Positions 26,130-36,851 of a DNA stretch of 42,725 nt are shown piece after piece. A model generated the notes under the pieces. The model made no database searches, was not told where the DNA came from, and saw only the letters and a program-made list of their open reading frames with translations. Source of the stretch: an uncultured Desulfobacteraceae bacterium (GTDB taxonomy: Bacteria; Desulfobacterota; DSM-4660; Desulfatiglandales; Desulfatiglandaceae); contig CAZIXY010000001.1 in NCBI GenBank assembly GCA_964543315.1, positions 1-42,725 of the forward strand, written 5' to 3'. Both the position numbers and the translations under genes were made by a program. How positions within the stretch are numbered: the stretch's first letter is position 1; every line of letters begins with the position of its first letter.

Positions 26130-29100
26130 TTTCCAAAAAACTAAAGGCCATCCTCTTCCCGGCCGTCCTATTGCTTCTCCTTGTTATTGCGTCCATTTTA
26201 CTCGCTAACAGCCTTATACAAAAGCCATCTGTTCAGCAGTATTTGTTGGACCAACTGGCCGAATCCACAGGGTTTGAGCTTCGCGCGGGCAAAATTGAAA
26301 TCAGCTTGTGGGGTGGAATCGGGATCACCGCTCAAGATCTGGAAGCAAAGTCACGATTTGAGCCTGAAAGCATTACAGCTTCCCGCATAACGGTCTTTCT
26401 TGACATGAGGGAACTGATAAAGGGACGTATTGTCCCGACCAGGATGTCCCTGTTTCGCCCAAGGATCGAAATGGCCTTGGAAAAGGATTGGGTGTTTTCT
26501 AAGCCAGGTGAAGTTTCGGGCCTCAAAAAGATGATCCTGCGCAGACTGGCGGGGCTTCCTGCGGTTTCCATGAAACAGGCGCGGGTATGTATAGAGAACT
26601 TCCCCTTTGAACTGGAAGACATCATTTTCAGTGCGTCACAAAAGGACGAGGATCCAACAAGTTTTGATGTCCGCCTGGAAGGAAAGGTCGCCCATAAAGG
26701 ACAGAAAGTCCCTTTTACGCTGCGTGGAAACATCAGCAGCGATACGGCAGCGAATAGCGATCCCTTTGCCGATGTCACGGTAAAGGCAAAGGACGTGCCG
26801 TTGATCTGGATACCCTGGCCTGATTACCTTCCTTGTAATAAGGGAAAAGCGGATTTCGATGTAAAGCTTGTCGGCGCGCTGGACGGGACTCTATCCGCAA
26901 CAGGGAAAATCGCCACGGAAGACTTTTGTCTGCGGCTTGTCCGGCCCCGTGGCAGCAAGCCCTTTCCCTTTCCAAAGCTTGTATTTGATTTCGAATCCCG
27001 CTTCTCTGGCCGGCTCCTGGAAATCTCATCTGTCCGGTTGAAAGGGCCGGATTTTTCCCTGTCAGCACATTCAAATATCGACTTTGAAAACGCCTCTAAC
27101 CCAGACCTGAGCTTGCATCTCAAAAGCACGGATATACCGCTTGTAAAATTCAAGAAGTTCTACCCGACACCACTCCTGCCCCTGTGGATTGAAAAAAGGC
27201 TGTTTCCCGTCCTAACGGACAAATACGGCACTGTCAGCGTTGATAAGCTTGTTCTTCAGGGGTCCCTGAATCGGATAGCAAAATTGAACCGGGCTGAAAA
27301 CACCGAATGCCTCTCAATGCAGCTGTCATGGAAAGCCCTTGAGGTCCTTGAAAACGGAAGCGGGCTGCCTTTCGATAATGTATCCGGAGAACTGAAAATC
27401 AACAATGGAACCCTTCGTGTTTCAGAGGTTCACGGCCTTTTCGGGTCCTCTGAGATCAGAAACGGCACGCTCCATATAGCCAACCTGTATGCAGATACCT
27501 TTGCCTACGATATCTCGATTGATGGAAAATTTAAGCTTGGCGACCTCCTGAAGCAAAGGGACATGGATTTGATTCCCCTCAATGTCTCGCAGCATCTTTA
27601 CAAATTTGTTGATGCGGCCGGAAATCTTGAAGCCAAAATCAAATTTTTATTTGAGAGGGGCTGGGACTACCCGCGAATTCAGGAGGGGGATTTGCTTTTC
27701 ACAAACTGCACATTTACCCAAAGGCAGCTGCTTCTCCCCCTGGTACTGGGTGAGGTAAAAATACAGATTGACAAAGAAGGTAGGAGCCAGTTTTTGGGCA
27801 CAGGCTTGTGGGGAAATTCGAGGTTTGATACCAAAGGATCAATGAATAACCTGGTCGAAGCCGGTAAAATGGATATGGTGGCCAGGGTAGACGTTAATGA
27901 AATCCTTGACTATTTTTATGATGGCGGACCATTGCCGGTAAAATTCACCAATCCGGTTCCCTGTCGAATTTCCATTTCCAAGCAGAAGGGCATCTGGTCC
28001 TGTAATGGAGAAATTGATCCTAGAGAGGTGATCCTGGACACACGGTCTTTTACCCTGCATCCACAAGGACAGAAAAACAAAATTGTCTTCAATGTTGATT
28101 TTCAACCATCGAAAAAGGTCTTGTTCAAAAAGATCAACTGTCTGTTTGGAAGTTCCGCTATTGAATTGTCAGGTTCCTATGACCTGAAGAATCAGGACCT
28201 GTTCGATTTTAAAGTCTCAACTCCGGGCCTTTTGATGGGCGATCTCGGCCTTCAATCCAAAAAGAGCAATGAATATGCAGAAGGAATTATCGCATGCGAT
28301 GCACATGTTAAGGGGTCCAGACGAAAGCCCGTTTTGACCTCAGTGACCGGACGGTTGGAAGGCCATGATCTGCATTTGATATTAGAACGTCTCCCTTCAC
28401 CTATTCGCGACGCCCATTTCAAGCTGGATCTTTTAGGCAAAAATGTCTTTATCCGTTTCCTAAAAATGAAAGTGGGCGAAAGCCCCGTCCATGTGCAAGG
28501 GCAACTGACGGGTTGGGACGGCCTTGAAGGCAAACTGGATGTCCATAGCAGGTACCTGAATATTTCGGATTTTAAGTCCGAACGAGACCGTTCATTATTT
28601 GAAAAGAGAAAATCGGATATTCCCAGGTTCGCGAGTCGGACTGAAATCAACCTGGACCTGAACATCGAGCGGGGCCTTTGGAGAACGTTAGAATACGGAC
28701 CTCTGAGAGCTGATTGCGCTTATCGTGCGGGCGACATACATATCAGGAACCTGAAAGCTCATACAACTCACGGATCTTTACAGGTGAACGGACTCTTTAA
28801 GAGCGGAAGACAGCCGGGGATATCTCTTTCCAGCCATATTGTGATGACAGATCAGCCGGTCAAGGAACTTCTTCGGGCGTTTGATATTCGGGAAAAGTAC
28901 TTCGAGGGTCGAGTGACAGCGGAGGCCGTGCTCTTTGCGGAGGGAAGGAATAAGAAGGAGCTGATTTCCAGCCTCACGGGATGTTCCAATCTGCACATTA
29001 AACAGGGAAAAATAATCAAGTCCCATGTGATATTCACGATCCTGGATTTCCTGAGCTTGCAGAAGATCTTAATGGTTTTCAAGGAGAGACCGCCTGATCT

Positions 29101-29473
29101 TTCAAAGGAGGGATTTTATTTTGAAAGCATTAAGGGAGACATCAGCATTGATAAAGGCATTCTCGAAACAAACAACCTCACTATGAAAAGTCCTGTGTTT
29201 AACGCAGCGGCCAAGGGAAGTATAGATCTTCCCCGCAAATGGTTGGATTTTGATCTGGGCGCCCAGCCCTTGGGGACCATTGACTTTCTTATCAGCAACA
29301 TTCCGATTGTGGGTTACATACTGGCGGGAAAAGACGAATCCATCCTCGTCTACTATTTTAAGGTGAAAGGTGCCTGGCCCAAAACCGATATTGAGTATGT
29401 TCCGCTGAAAAACCTGGGAAGCGGTTTGGCCGAATTTTTCAAGCGTTTGTTATTCCTCGACAGACCCGAGTGA
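26126..29473 (+). CDS. AsmA/YhdP-like large envelope protein (N-terminal membrane anchor, long beta-rich body)
   Basis: 1115 aa. N-terminal TM helix ([20 protein letters not shown]). The size and repetitive beta-rich sequence are typical of the AsmA-like family. The ATGA start/stop overlap with the NUDIX gene suggests translational coupling. Family assignment is from general appearance only. Confidence 0.65.
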   Translation: MISKKLKAILFPAVLLLLLVIASILLANSLIQKPSVQQYLLDQLAESTGFELRAGKIEISLWGGIGITAQDLEAKSRFEPESITASRITVFLDMRELIKGRIVPTRMSLFRPRIEMALEKDWVFSKPGEVSGLKKMILRRLAGLPAVSMKQARVCIENFPFELEDIIFSASQKDEDPTSFDVRLEGKVAHKGQKVPFTLRGNISSDTAANSDPFADVTVKAKDVPLIWIPWPDYLPCNKGKADFDVKLVGALDGTLSATGKIATEDFCLRLVRPRGSKPFPFPKLVFDFESRFSGRLLEISSVRLKGPDFSLSAHSNIDFENASNPDLSLHLKSTDIPLVKFKKFYPTPLLPLWIEKRLFPVLTDKYGTVSVDKLVLQGSLNRIAKLNRAENTECLSMQLSWKALEVLENGSGLPFDNVSGELKINNGTLRVSEVHGLFGSSEIRNGTLHIANLYADTFAYDISIDGKFKLGDLLKQRDMDLIPLNVSQHLYKFVDAAGNLEAKIKFLFERGWDYPRIQEGDLLFTNCTFTQRQLLLPLVLGEVKIQIDKEGRSQFLGTGLWGNSRFDTKGSMNNLVEAGKMDMVARVDVNEILDYFYDGGPLPVKFTNPVPCRISISKQKGIWSCNGEIDPREVILDTRSFTLHPQGQKNKIVFNVDFQPSKKVLFKKINCLFGSSAIELSGSYDLKNQDLFDFKVSTPGLLMGDLGLQSKKSNEYAEGIIACDAHVKGSRRKPVLTSVTGRLEGHDLHLILERLPSPIRDAHFKLDLLGKNVFIRFLKMKVGESPVHVQGQLTGWDGLEGKLDVHSRYLNISDFKSERDRSLFEKRKSDIPRFASRTEINLDLNIERGLWRTLEYGPLRADCAYRAGDIHIRNLKAHTTHGSLQVNGLFKSGRQPGISLSSHIVMTDQPVKELLRAFDIREKYFEGRVTAEAVLFAEGRNKKELISSLTGCSNLHIKQGKIIKSHVIFTILDFLSLQKILMVFKERPPDLSKEGFYFESIKGDISIDKGILETNNLTMKSPVFNAAAKGSIDLPRKWLDFDLGAQPLGTIDFLISNIPIVGYILAGKDESILVYYFKVKGAWPKTDIEYVPLKNLGSGLAEFFKRLLFLDRPE

Positions 29474-29489
29474 TCCTTCGAGATCCTGT

Positions 29490-29789
29490 CTATTCCTTTT
29501 TGCCAAATGGCTCCAAAAAATCCCTCAGGGCAGGTTTCAGATAAATCCGGCTGAGATCAAATCTTCCCAGGGCCCGGGCCAGGGTGTTCGCCTTTTCACC
29601 TGTGGTCGCTAGCGAGTTGACAATGATGTATTGCTTCCCCTGCACCCTGCAAAGTCCGCCGGATTGAAAAGGCGTTTCACCTTCCAGGATTTCGTAGCGG
29701 ATCTGTATACCCAAAGTGTGAGCCAGTTCCTCAAGATGGCCCAAGAGCGCTGCATCATCCAATTCGGATTCCCTGCAAACTGTCAGCAA
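29490..29789 (-). CDS. Small hypothetical protein downstream of mdh
   Basis: 99-aa ORF with a TTG start 14 nt after the mdh stop and no clear SD. An internal TTG preceded by AGGGA is an alternative start. I recognise no family. Confidence 0.4.
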   Translation of the reverse strand: MLTVCRESELDDAALLGHLEELAHTLGIQIRYEILEGETPFQSGGLCRVQGKQYIIVNSLATTGEKANTLARALGRFDLSRIYLKPALRDFLEPFGKKE

Positions 29790-29803
29790 CTAAGCTGCGA
29801 GCA

Positions 29804-30760
<957 letters not shown>

Positions 30761-31010
30761 TTATGTCAGCCATATATGCCATAAAACCTCTTCCCCCGGA
30801 AAAAAATAATCCACTCAAATTATTATAAAAAATCACTCTATCAGGGTCAACATTATAACCGTCCCCTAAAAAAGACTTTGCCCGGCTCGTTAAAAACGCA
30901 CATATTCCTTACGAGCCCTCAGTTTTCTTCTTGCATAGAGGATCAAATTTGGAATACTGTTACGTTCCAAAATCTTGGTATCACGCCAAATTTTAGAAAG
31001 GAGTTATATC

Positions 31011-31421
31011 ATGTTTAAAAGATTGTTTATCTCTTTCGCTATTCTGCTGACCACGGTTTCCTTTTCATTCGCCGCTTCAGGCCCTAACATGAAGGAAGGC
31101 CTTTGGGAAATAACATCTACTATGAAAATGCAGGGAATGAATATGCCTTCCCATACCCATACCCAGTGCATCACTAAAAACGACTTTGTTCCCAAGAGTT
31201 CCCAGCCAGGTCAGGAATGCACCATCAGTGATTACAAGATAGAAGGCAACACGGTGACTTGGACTCTCAAGTGCTCTACCCAGGGCGGTGAAATGAACGG
31301 AACCGGCAGGATAACCTATATGGGAGACAGCTTCGAAGGGACAATGAATATGACAATGCCTGGGTCGGGAGCGGAAGTGACCACCCATATGACCGGCCGT
31401 CGAATTGGAGAGTGCAAATAG
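31011..31421 (+). CDS. Small secreted protein, DUF3617-like (tentative)
   Basis: The ORF starts at 30975. ATG 31011 follows AGGAG. It has a signal peptide (MFKRLFISFAILLTTVSFSFA) and a GLWE motif shortly after the cleavage site, with conserved Cys pairs. Family name is from memory. Confidence 0.65.
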   Translation: MFKRLFISFAILLTTVSFSFAASGPNMKEGLWEITSTMKMQGMNMPSHTHTQCITKNDFVPKSSQPGQECTISDYKIEGNTVTWTLKCSTQGGEMNGTGRITYMGDSFEGTMNMTMPGSGAEVTTHMTGRRIGECK

Positions 31422-31474
31422 CCCTTACTTTAAAGTAAAGGGGTTTGTAACGTCTTTATAGTAAGGAGAGCATA

Positions 31475-33684
31475 ATGCGATCAAAAATATTTTTCGGGTG
31501 GTTTATTCTACTTACGGTTTTTCTTGCCATCCTTATAAAAGGTAATTTTGCAGGCGCCTCCCAGTTCAAAGCGGATCTTCTCATCACAGGTCCGGGAGGG
31601 GTCTATACCTTCAAACTCTATGTAAAAGATAACATGTATCGAATCCAAAAGGTTGTTGGCGGTATGAAATACCCGCCTTTTCCCACAATTGTCAATCGGG
31701 ATACCGGAGTCACCTGGGGTCTGAACCCGCGGGCACGCCAGTATGTGGAAATGAAGGACATGAAGGGAACCGTCATGATGAATCCCCTGGCAGGATGGGC
31801 CATGACCCGGAAAGGCATGACCGAAAAACCGGGGCCGGTCGAGACGGTAAATGGGTATGCGTGCACAACACGGCTCTATGCCATGCCGGGGAAATCCGAA
31901 ACCGCGGCCAAGGTCTGGATCTCCAAAAAACTCAATCATCTTATACGGGAAGAACGCTTCGGGGCAAACGAGAATCCGGTCCTGGAACTCCAAAATATCA
32001 AGGAAGGCCCTGTAGATGGGTCGCTCTTCAAGATACCGGCCGGCTACGGCAAGATGTCTCCCGCCGGTCCGGGAGCTTCCCCCGGAGCCAAAAAGGCTGT
32101 CGCGGCCACACCGGGTTCGGCAGCGAAATCAAGCGTATCGCAACGAAAATCAGCCCCCCAGCCCAAAGGGAGGGCAAGGGATCCCGTTTCCGACGGCTCA
32201 TCCGTCGGGAACCTTATGTTTATCCTGGATGCCTCGGGCTCCATGTGGGGACAGGTCGAGGGTAAGGCCAAGATCGCCATTGCCAAGGAGGTCCTCACCA
32301 ACCTCATCAAAGGCGTCCCGGATGACGCATCAGTCGGCTTAGTGGCCTACGGGAACCGTCGTAAAGGCGACTGCAACGACGTGGAAGAGCTGGTCCCTTT
32401 GAGCCGCGTGGACAAGGGCAGACTCATCGCAAAGATCCAGGCCCTCAGCCCCAAGGGAAAGACCCCCATTACCCTTTCCGTTCGAAAGACGGCGGAAAAA
32501 ATAAAACACCTGGAGGATGAGACCACCATCATCCTGGTCTCGGACGGCAAGGAGACCTGCCAGGGAGACCCCTGCGCCCTGGTCAAGGAACTCAAAGCCG
32601 CGGGTATCCGGTTCGTGATGCACGTCATCGGCTTTGACGTGACCGAACAGGAACGGGCCCAGCTCGAGTGCATGGCCAGGGCCGGGGGAGGCGAATACTT
32701 CACGGCCAAGACGGCCAAGGATTTCCAGATGGCGGCAAAGAAGGTGGTCAAAAAGGCTGCAGAGAAACCCCCTATCAGTCTGAAGGTCACATCCATCAAA
32801 GACGGAAAGCCCTTCAAGTCCTATGTCCAGATCCTGACCCAGGGGGGGAGAAACGGGTCGCGGAAGGCTGGACGAGCGCAGAGAAACCTGCTGCCTTCCG
32901 TCTTCCTCCGGGAATATACGACATCCGCGCACAGGATGTGAATGTTATTCAAAGACCTGTTGTGGAGATCAAGGTCGTCAAAATTGTCGAGGGCCGGACG
33001 ACTGAAAAGATCGTCAATTTTGCCAAAGAGGGTATCCTTCACGTCAAGGCCATCAAAAAAAATGCCCCCTGCAAGGCACAGGTCTGGGTCTATTCCGAAG
33101 ACAACAAGCAGCGGGGTAACAGCTGGACACGGAAAGATGGAAAGCCACTCGAATACAAACTCCTTCCCGGTTCCTACTATGCCAAAGTACAGGACCGTAC
33201 CGATCGATCCGTGCGGGAGATCCGGGATATCCGACTCCAATCCGGCAAAACAGCGACCGTTAATGCCGCTTTTCCCGTAGAAAAAAAACCTCCGGCAGTA
33301 TCACGGACCCAGGAGCAATCCGCGCCCACAGTGGAAAAACCCTCACCAAAGGCTCTTGCCGCACCCCAGGCTCAAGGACTTGCGCCCGGGGGAAAAGGGC
33401 CCATTATGGGAGGGGCTGTCCCCCTTTACAGGGATGCCGTCGTCAAGAACTCCATGAACATGGGAAACGGTACTGTGGTTGCAATGGAGTCCAGCGGCTC
33501 ACCGGCCGAAATTGTGAGCTTTTACAAAAAGGCCATGACGGAGAGGGGCTGGAGCGTCATGATGGAAATGGCCCGAGACAAAAGGGCCACGCTTATGCTC
33601 CAGAAAGACAACAAGCAGCTCATGCTCGGGGCCAAGAAACGTGGTGAGAAAACCAATTTCTCATTGACATTGATAAAAAAATAA
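31475..33684 (+). CDS. Secreted von Willebrand factor A (vWA) domain protein, interrupted by a frameshift at a G7 tract (32842-32848)
   Basis: ORF 31475-32941 has a signal peptide and a vWA MIDAS block (LMFILDASGSMWG). It loses sense after ...YVQILTQGG. ORF 32668-33684, in the -1 frame, becomes protein-like exactly from the same point (GGEKRVAEGWTSAEKPAAFRLPPGIYDIRAQD...). One extra G would fuse them into a protein of ~736 aa. Confidence 0.75.
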
Positions 33685-33705
33685 TCCCTGATATAAATAA
33701 AAAAC

Positions 33706-33742
33706 CTGTCCGGCACTCTGCTGTTTTCTGAATGCCGGACAG
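33706..33742 (+). terminator. Stem-loop 3' of the vWA gene (possible terminator, no U tract)
   Basis: CTGTCCGGCA (33706-33715) pairs with TGCCGGACAG (33733-33742), a perfect 10-bp stem with a 17-nt loop. Confidence 0.35.
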
Positions 33743-34027
33743 CCACCATATAATTCAACAGGATTCCAGGCATCTGGAGAATCCATAGATAATCTTTTAA
33801 GTGCAAAATAACTAAAGTTAAGGAGTTTTTTAGCTCATTTTAGGCACCCTTTGTATTTTACACAGGTAGTGCCAAAAGATTCTGACCACGCCCATAGGGT
33901 ATGATTTTCATAAATTCAATAAAACTACCTGATGATCGAACCGAGTGAGCCGTTTAGGTCATCTGGTGTTCATTTTATTCTTTCATATTCCGTATTTCAC
34001 TCTTACACTGAACGCCCTTTATGGGGG

Positions 34028-34049
34028 AACACACACCCGTGTGTTTTTT
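34028..34049 (+). terminator. Orphan terminator-like hairpin upstream of the histidine kinase gene
   Basis: AACACAC-ACCC-GTGTGTT is followed by TTTT, giving six consecutive Ts in total. It lies ~90 nt upstream of the kinase start. No convincing CDS ends here. Confidence 0.45.
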
Positions 34050-34136
34050 CAAGGACTTTTCCCTTGGACATGGATTCTTTTCAAAATATAAATGGATATG
34101 GGCCTTGTTATTGAAGGAGCAATTGGAGGGTTTTCT

Positions 34137-36140
34137 ATGGCATCAAAACCAAGCTATGAAGAATTGGAACAAAGGATTAAAGAGTTTGAGGAGCAATCTC
34201 TTGAACAAATACGCGCTGAAGAAAAGGTAGAGCATGAAAAAAAGCGTTTGGAGTCATTGATTCACTACAGCTCATTAGCCATTGTAACCCTTGATGAACA
34301 GCATAATATTATTTCGTGTAACCGGGACTTTGAGAAGCTTTTTTTGCACAAAGAACATGAGATCGTCGGAAAAAATCTTGATGAGGTCATTGCGAAAAAA
34401 AAGTTCTTTGAAGAAGCCATATCGTATACGAAAAAGACTTTGACACGACAGGCAATCCACGGATCCGGCAAGCGATACAGAAAAGACGGGGCACTCATAG
34501 ACGTTGAATTTCATGCCGTGCCCGTGGTCGTTGACGGAAAAGTTGTCGGGGCTTATGGGATTTATCAGGATATCACCGATCGAGTAAGGGCCGAGACTGC
34601 ACTCCAGGAAAGCGAGGAACGTTATCGATATCTATTCAACAATATCAGCGACTTCATATATACCCATGATCTTGAAGGCCGCTTCCTGACTGTCAACCGG
34701 GCGGCGTCCCAAACACTGGGGTACAAACCCGAAGAACTCATTGGCCGGCCTATCAGCGATATAATGCTTCCTGAGTACAGGGCAGCCTTCCATGACGAAT
34801 ATTTGACCGAGATCAAGAATAAAGGGTCACTCGACGGTGTATCGAAATATTTGGCCAAGGATGGTACGGAACACTATATAGAGTACCGCAATGTCCTTGT
34901 AGAAGAGCAACAAAAGGAACCGTTCGTGTATGGTTCTGGTCGCGAAATCACTGAGCGGATCCTGTCCCACCGCGAAGTACGCAAACTGGAGCGACAGCTT
35001 CACCACTCACAAAAAATGGAAGCTATAGGCACCTTAGCAGGGGGCATTGCCCACGACTTTAACAATTTACTTATGGGGATACTGGGAAATGCTTCCCTGG
35101 TTCTCTTACAAATCGATTCCAGCAACCCATATTATGAAAAATTAAAAAACATCCAACAATACGTTCAAAACGGAGCCGATTTGACAAAACAGCTTTTGGG
35201 ATTTGCCAGGGGCGGGAAATATGAAGTCAAGCCCACTGATCTTAACAAAATTATTAAAAAGAGTTCCGAGATGTTCGGGCGGACAAAGAAAGAAATTGTT
35301 ATCTATCCCAAATATCAGAAAAACATCTGGACAGTAGAAATAGACCGGGGACAGATCGACCAGGTCCTGTTAAACCTCTATGTCAATGCTTGGCAGGCCA
35401 TGCCGGAAGGTGGAAATCTCTACATTCAAACAAAAAATATCATCCTTGATGAAAACTACGTCAAACCATACAAATTAAAGCCCGGCAGATATGTTAGGAT
35501 ATCCGTTACTGATACAGGAGTCGGCATGGATAAGACGACTCAAGAAATGATATTTGACCCCTTCTTCACCACCAAGGAAATGGGCAGAGGAATAGGGTTA
35601 GGATTGGCCTCCGCTTATGGTATCATAAAGAATCATGACGGTATCATCAATGTTGATAGTGAGGAGGGTGAAGGTACAACGTTCAACATTTATCTGCCCG
35701 CCACTGAAAAAGAAACAATACGAAAAGAGCACCTGCCTGAAAAAATGCTAAAAGGGGCAGAAACAGTTCTTCTTGTAGATGATGAGGATATGATTCTCGA
35801 TGCGTGTGAGCAGTTATTGAAGGAAATGGGGTATAAGGTCTTAATGGCAAAGGGTGGAAAAGACGCATTAAAAATTTATAAAAAAAACAGGGATGAGATC
35901 GATATGGTCATCCTGGACATGATTATGCCCGACATGGGAGGCGGAGAAACCTATGACAGGCTAAAGGAGATCGACCCGAAAGTGAAGGTGCTTCTTGCCA
36001 GCGGTTACAGCATAGACGGACAGGCTTCAGAGATATTGGATCGGGGTTGTAATGGATTTATTCATAAACCATTCCAAATGGAAAACCTTTCTCGGGAAAT
36101 CAGAGAAGTTTTGGACAAGATGAAGGGGGAAGTCGAATGA
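34137..36140 (+). CDS. Hybrid sensor histidine kinase (coiled coil, two PAS domains, HisKA, HATPase, receiver)
   Basis: The ORF starts at 34092. ATG 34137 is 8 nt after GGAGGG. Features: H-box AHDFNNLLMGILGN, ATPase blocks (DTGVGMD, GRGIGLGL), and a C-terminal receiver (VLLVDDEDM...MVILDMIMPDMGG...LLASGY). Confidence 0.9.
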   Translation: MASKPSYEELEQRIKEFEEQSLEQIRAEEKVEHEKKRLESLIHYSSLAIVTLDEQHNIISCNRDFEKLFLHKEHEIVGKNLDEVIAKKKFFEEAISYTKKTLTRQAIHGSGKRYRKDGALIDVEFHAVPVVVDGKVVGAYGIYQDITDRVRAETALQESEERYRYLFNNISDFIYTHDLEGRFLTVNRAASQTLGYKPEELIGRPISDIMLPEYRAAFHDEYLTEIKNKGSLDGVSKYLAKDGTEHYIEYRNVLVEEQQKEPFVYGSGREITERILSHREVRKLERQLHHSQKMEAIGTLAGGIAHDFNNLLMGILGNASLVLLQIDSSNPYYEKLKNIQQYVQNGADLTKQLLGFARGGKYEVKPTDLNKIIKKSSEMFGRTKKEIVIYPKYQKNIWTVEIDRGQIDQVLLNLYVNAWQAMPEGGNLYIQTKNIILDENYVKPYKLKPGRYVRISVTDTGVGMDKTTQEMIFDPFFTTKEMGRGIGLGLASAYGIIKNHDGIINVDSEEGEGTTFNIYLPATEKETIRKEHLPEKMLKGAETVLLVDDEDMILDACEQLLKEMGYKVLMAKGGKDALKIYKKNRDEIDMVILDMIMPDMGGGETYDRLKEIDPKVKVLLASGYSIDGQASEILDRGCNGFIHKPFQMENLSREIREVLDKMKGEVE

Positions 36141-36219
36141 TGAGCGCGGAGGGCTTCCCGATTGGGCCCAGGCTCCATGTGGAGCCTGCAAACAGCGAAG
36201 CTAAAAAAGGAATTGAGAA

Positions 36220-36693
36220 ATGATTATTTTTTGTGAAGAATGCGGTGCAAAAAACAACCTGGAGTCCGGGACATTATCGTCAACAGTTCAAAAGGCGGGA
36301 AGTCTGAAGTGCCACAATTGCGGCGATACGCTTGTCATAAGCCCGGTCCGGGATTTTCCATCCCAGCTCGAATTGAGATTCAAGGATCAGGCCATACAAG
36401 TAAACAAAAAGCGTTCCATAGTAACCATGGGAAGAGATCCGGAGAACGACATTGTGATAAAAAACAGGCTTGTTTCTCGGTCACACGCCGTCATACTCTG
36501 CCGTAAGGACAGATTTGTACTGATTGACGAGAGCAAAAACGGCACCTATATCCGTATCCAGGGGGAAAAAGATACTGCCGTCGATCGAGATATGGAATTC
36601 CAATTGTCCGGGCAGGGAATTATCAGCCCAGGCCAAAAGGTCGTTCCCAATTCACGAAACATTATTCAATTCTCCATCCGTAAAGGCAATTGA
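36220..36693 (+). CDS. FHA-domain protein with an N-terminal zinc ribbon
   Basis: CEECG...CHNCG zinc ribbon. FHA signature: TMGRDPENDIVIKNRLVSRSHAVILCRKDRFVLIDESKNGTYI. Confidence 0.85.
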   Translation: MIIFCEECGAKNNLESGTLSSTVQKAGSLKCHNCGDTLVISPVRDFPSQLELRFKDQAIQVNKKRSIVTMGRDPENDIVIKNRLVSRSHAVILCRKDRFVLIDESKNGTYIRIQGEKDTAVDRDMEFQLSGQGIISPGQKVVPNSRNIIQFSIRKGN

Positions 36694-36851
36694 GGGTGGA
36701 TCCCTTTTTATAAAAATTTGCCTTGACCGCCCCCCCTACAGATTGTAAATTCGGCGCAATATCAGACTTTGCTGTCCAACAAAAATTCTTCCCTCCCGCA
36801 CAGCGGGACATTAAGGGCTGAGTTTCCAAGTCGTTCAAGCAGGAGGTATCC

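Noticed and set aside
32668-32841. The 5' part of ORF 32668-33684 (MHGQGRGRRILHGQDGQGF...) as real coding sequence overlapping the vWA ORF.
   Set aside because: This stretch is Gly/Arg-rich nonsense in the alternative frame of a well-conserved vWA domain. Only the part downstream of the G7 tract looks protein-like.
33932-34114. A 60-aa ORF, and the upstream Met (34092) of the histidine kinase ORF.
   Set aside because: There is no RBS, the composition is atypical, and the ORF passes through a terminator-like hairpin. The kinase most plausibly starts at ATG 34137, behind GGAGGG.
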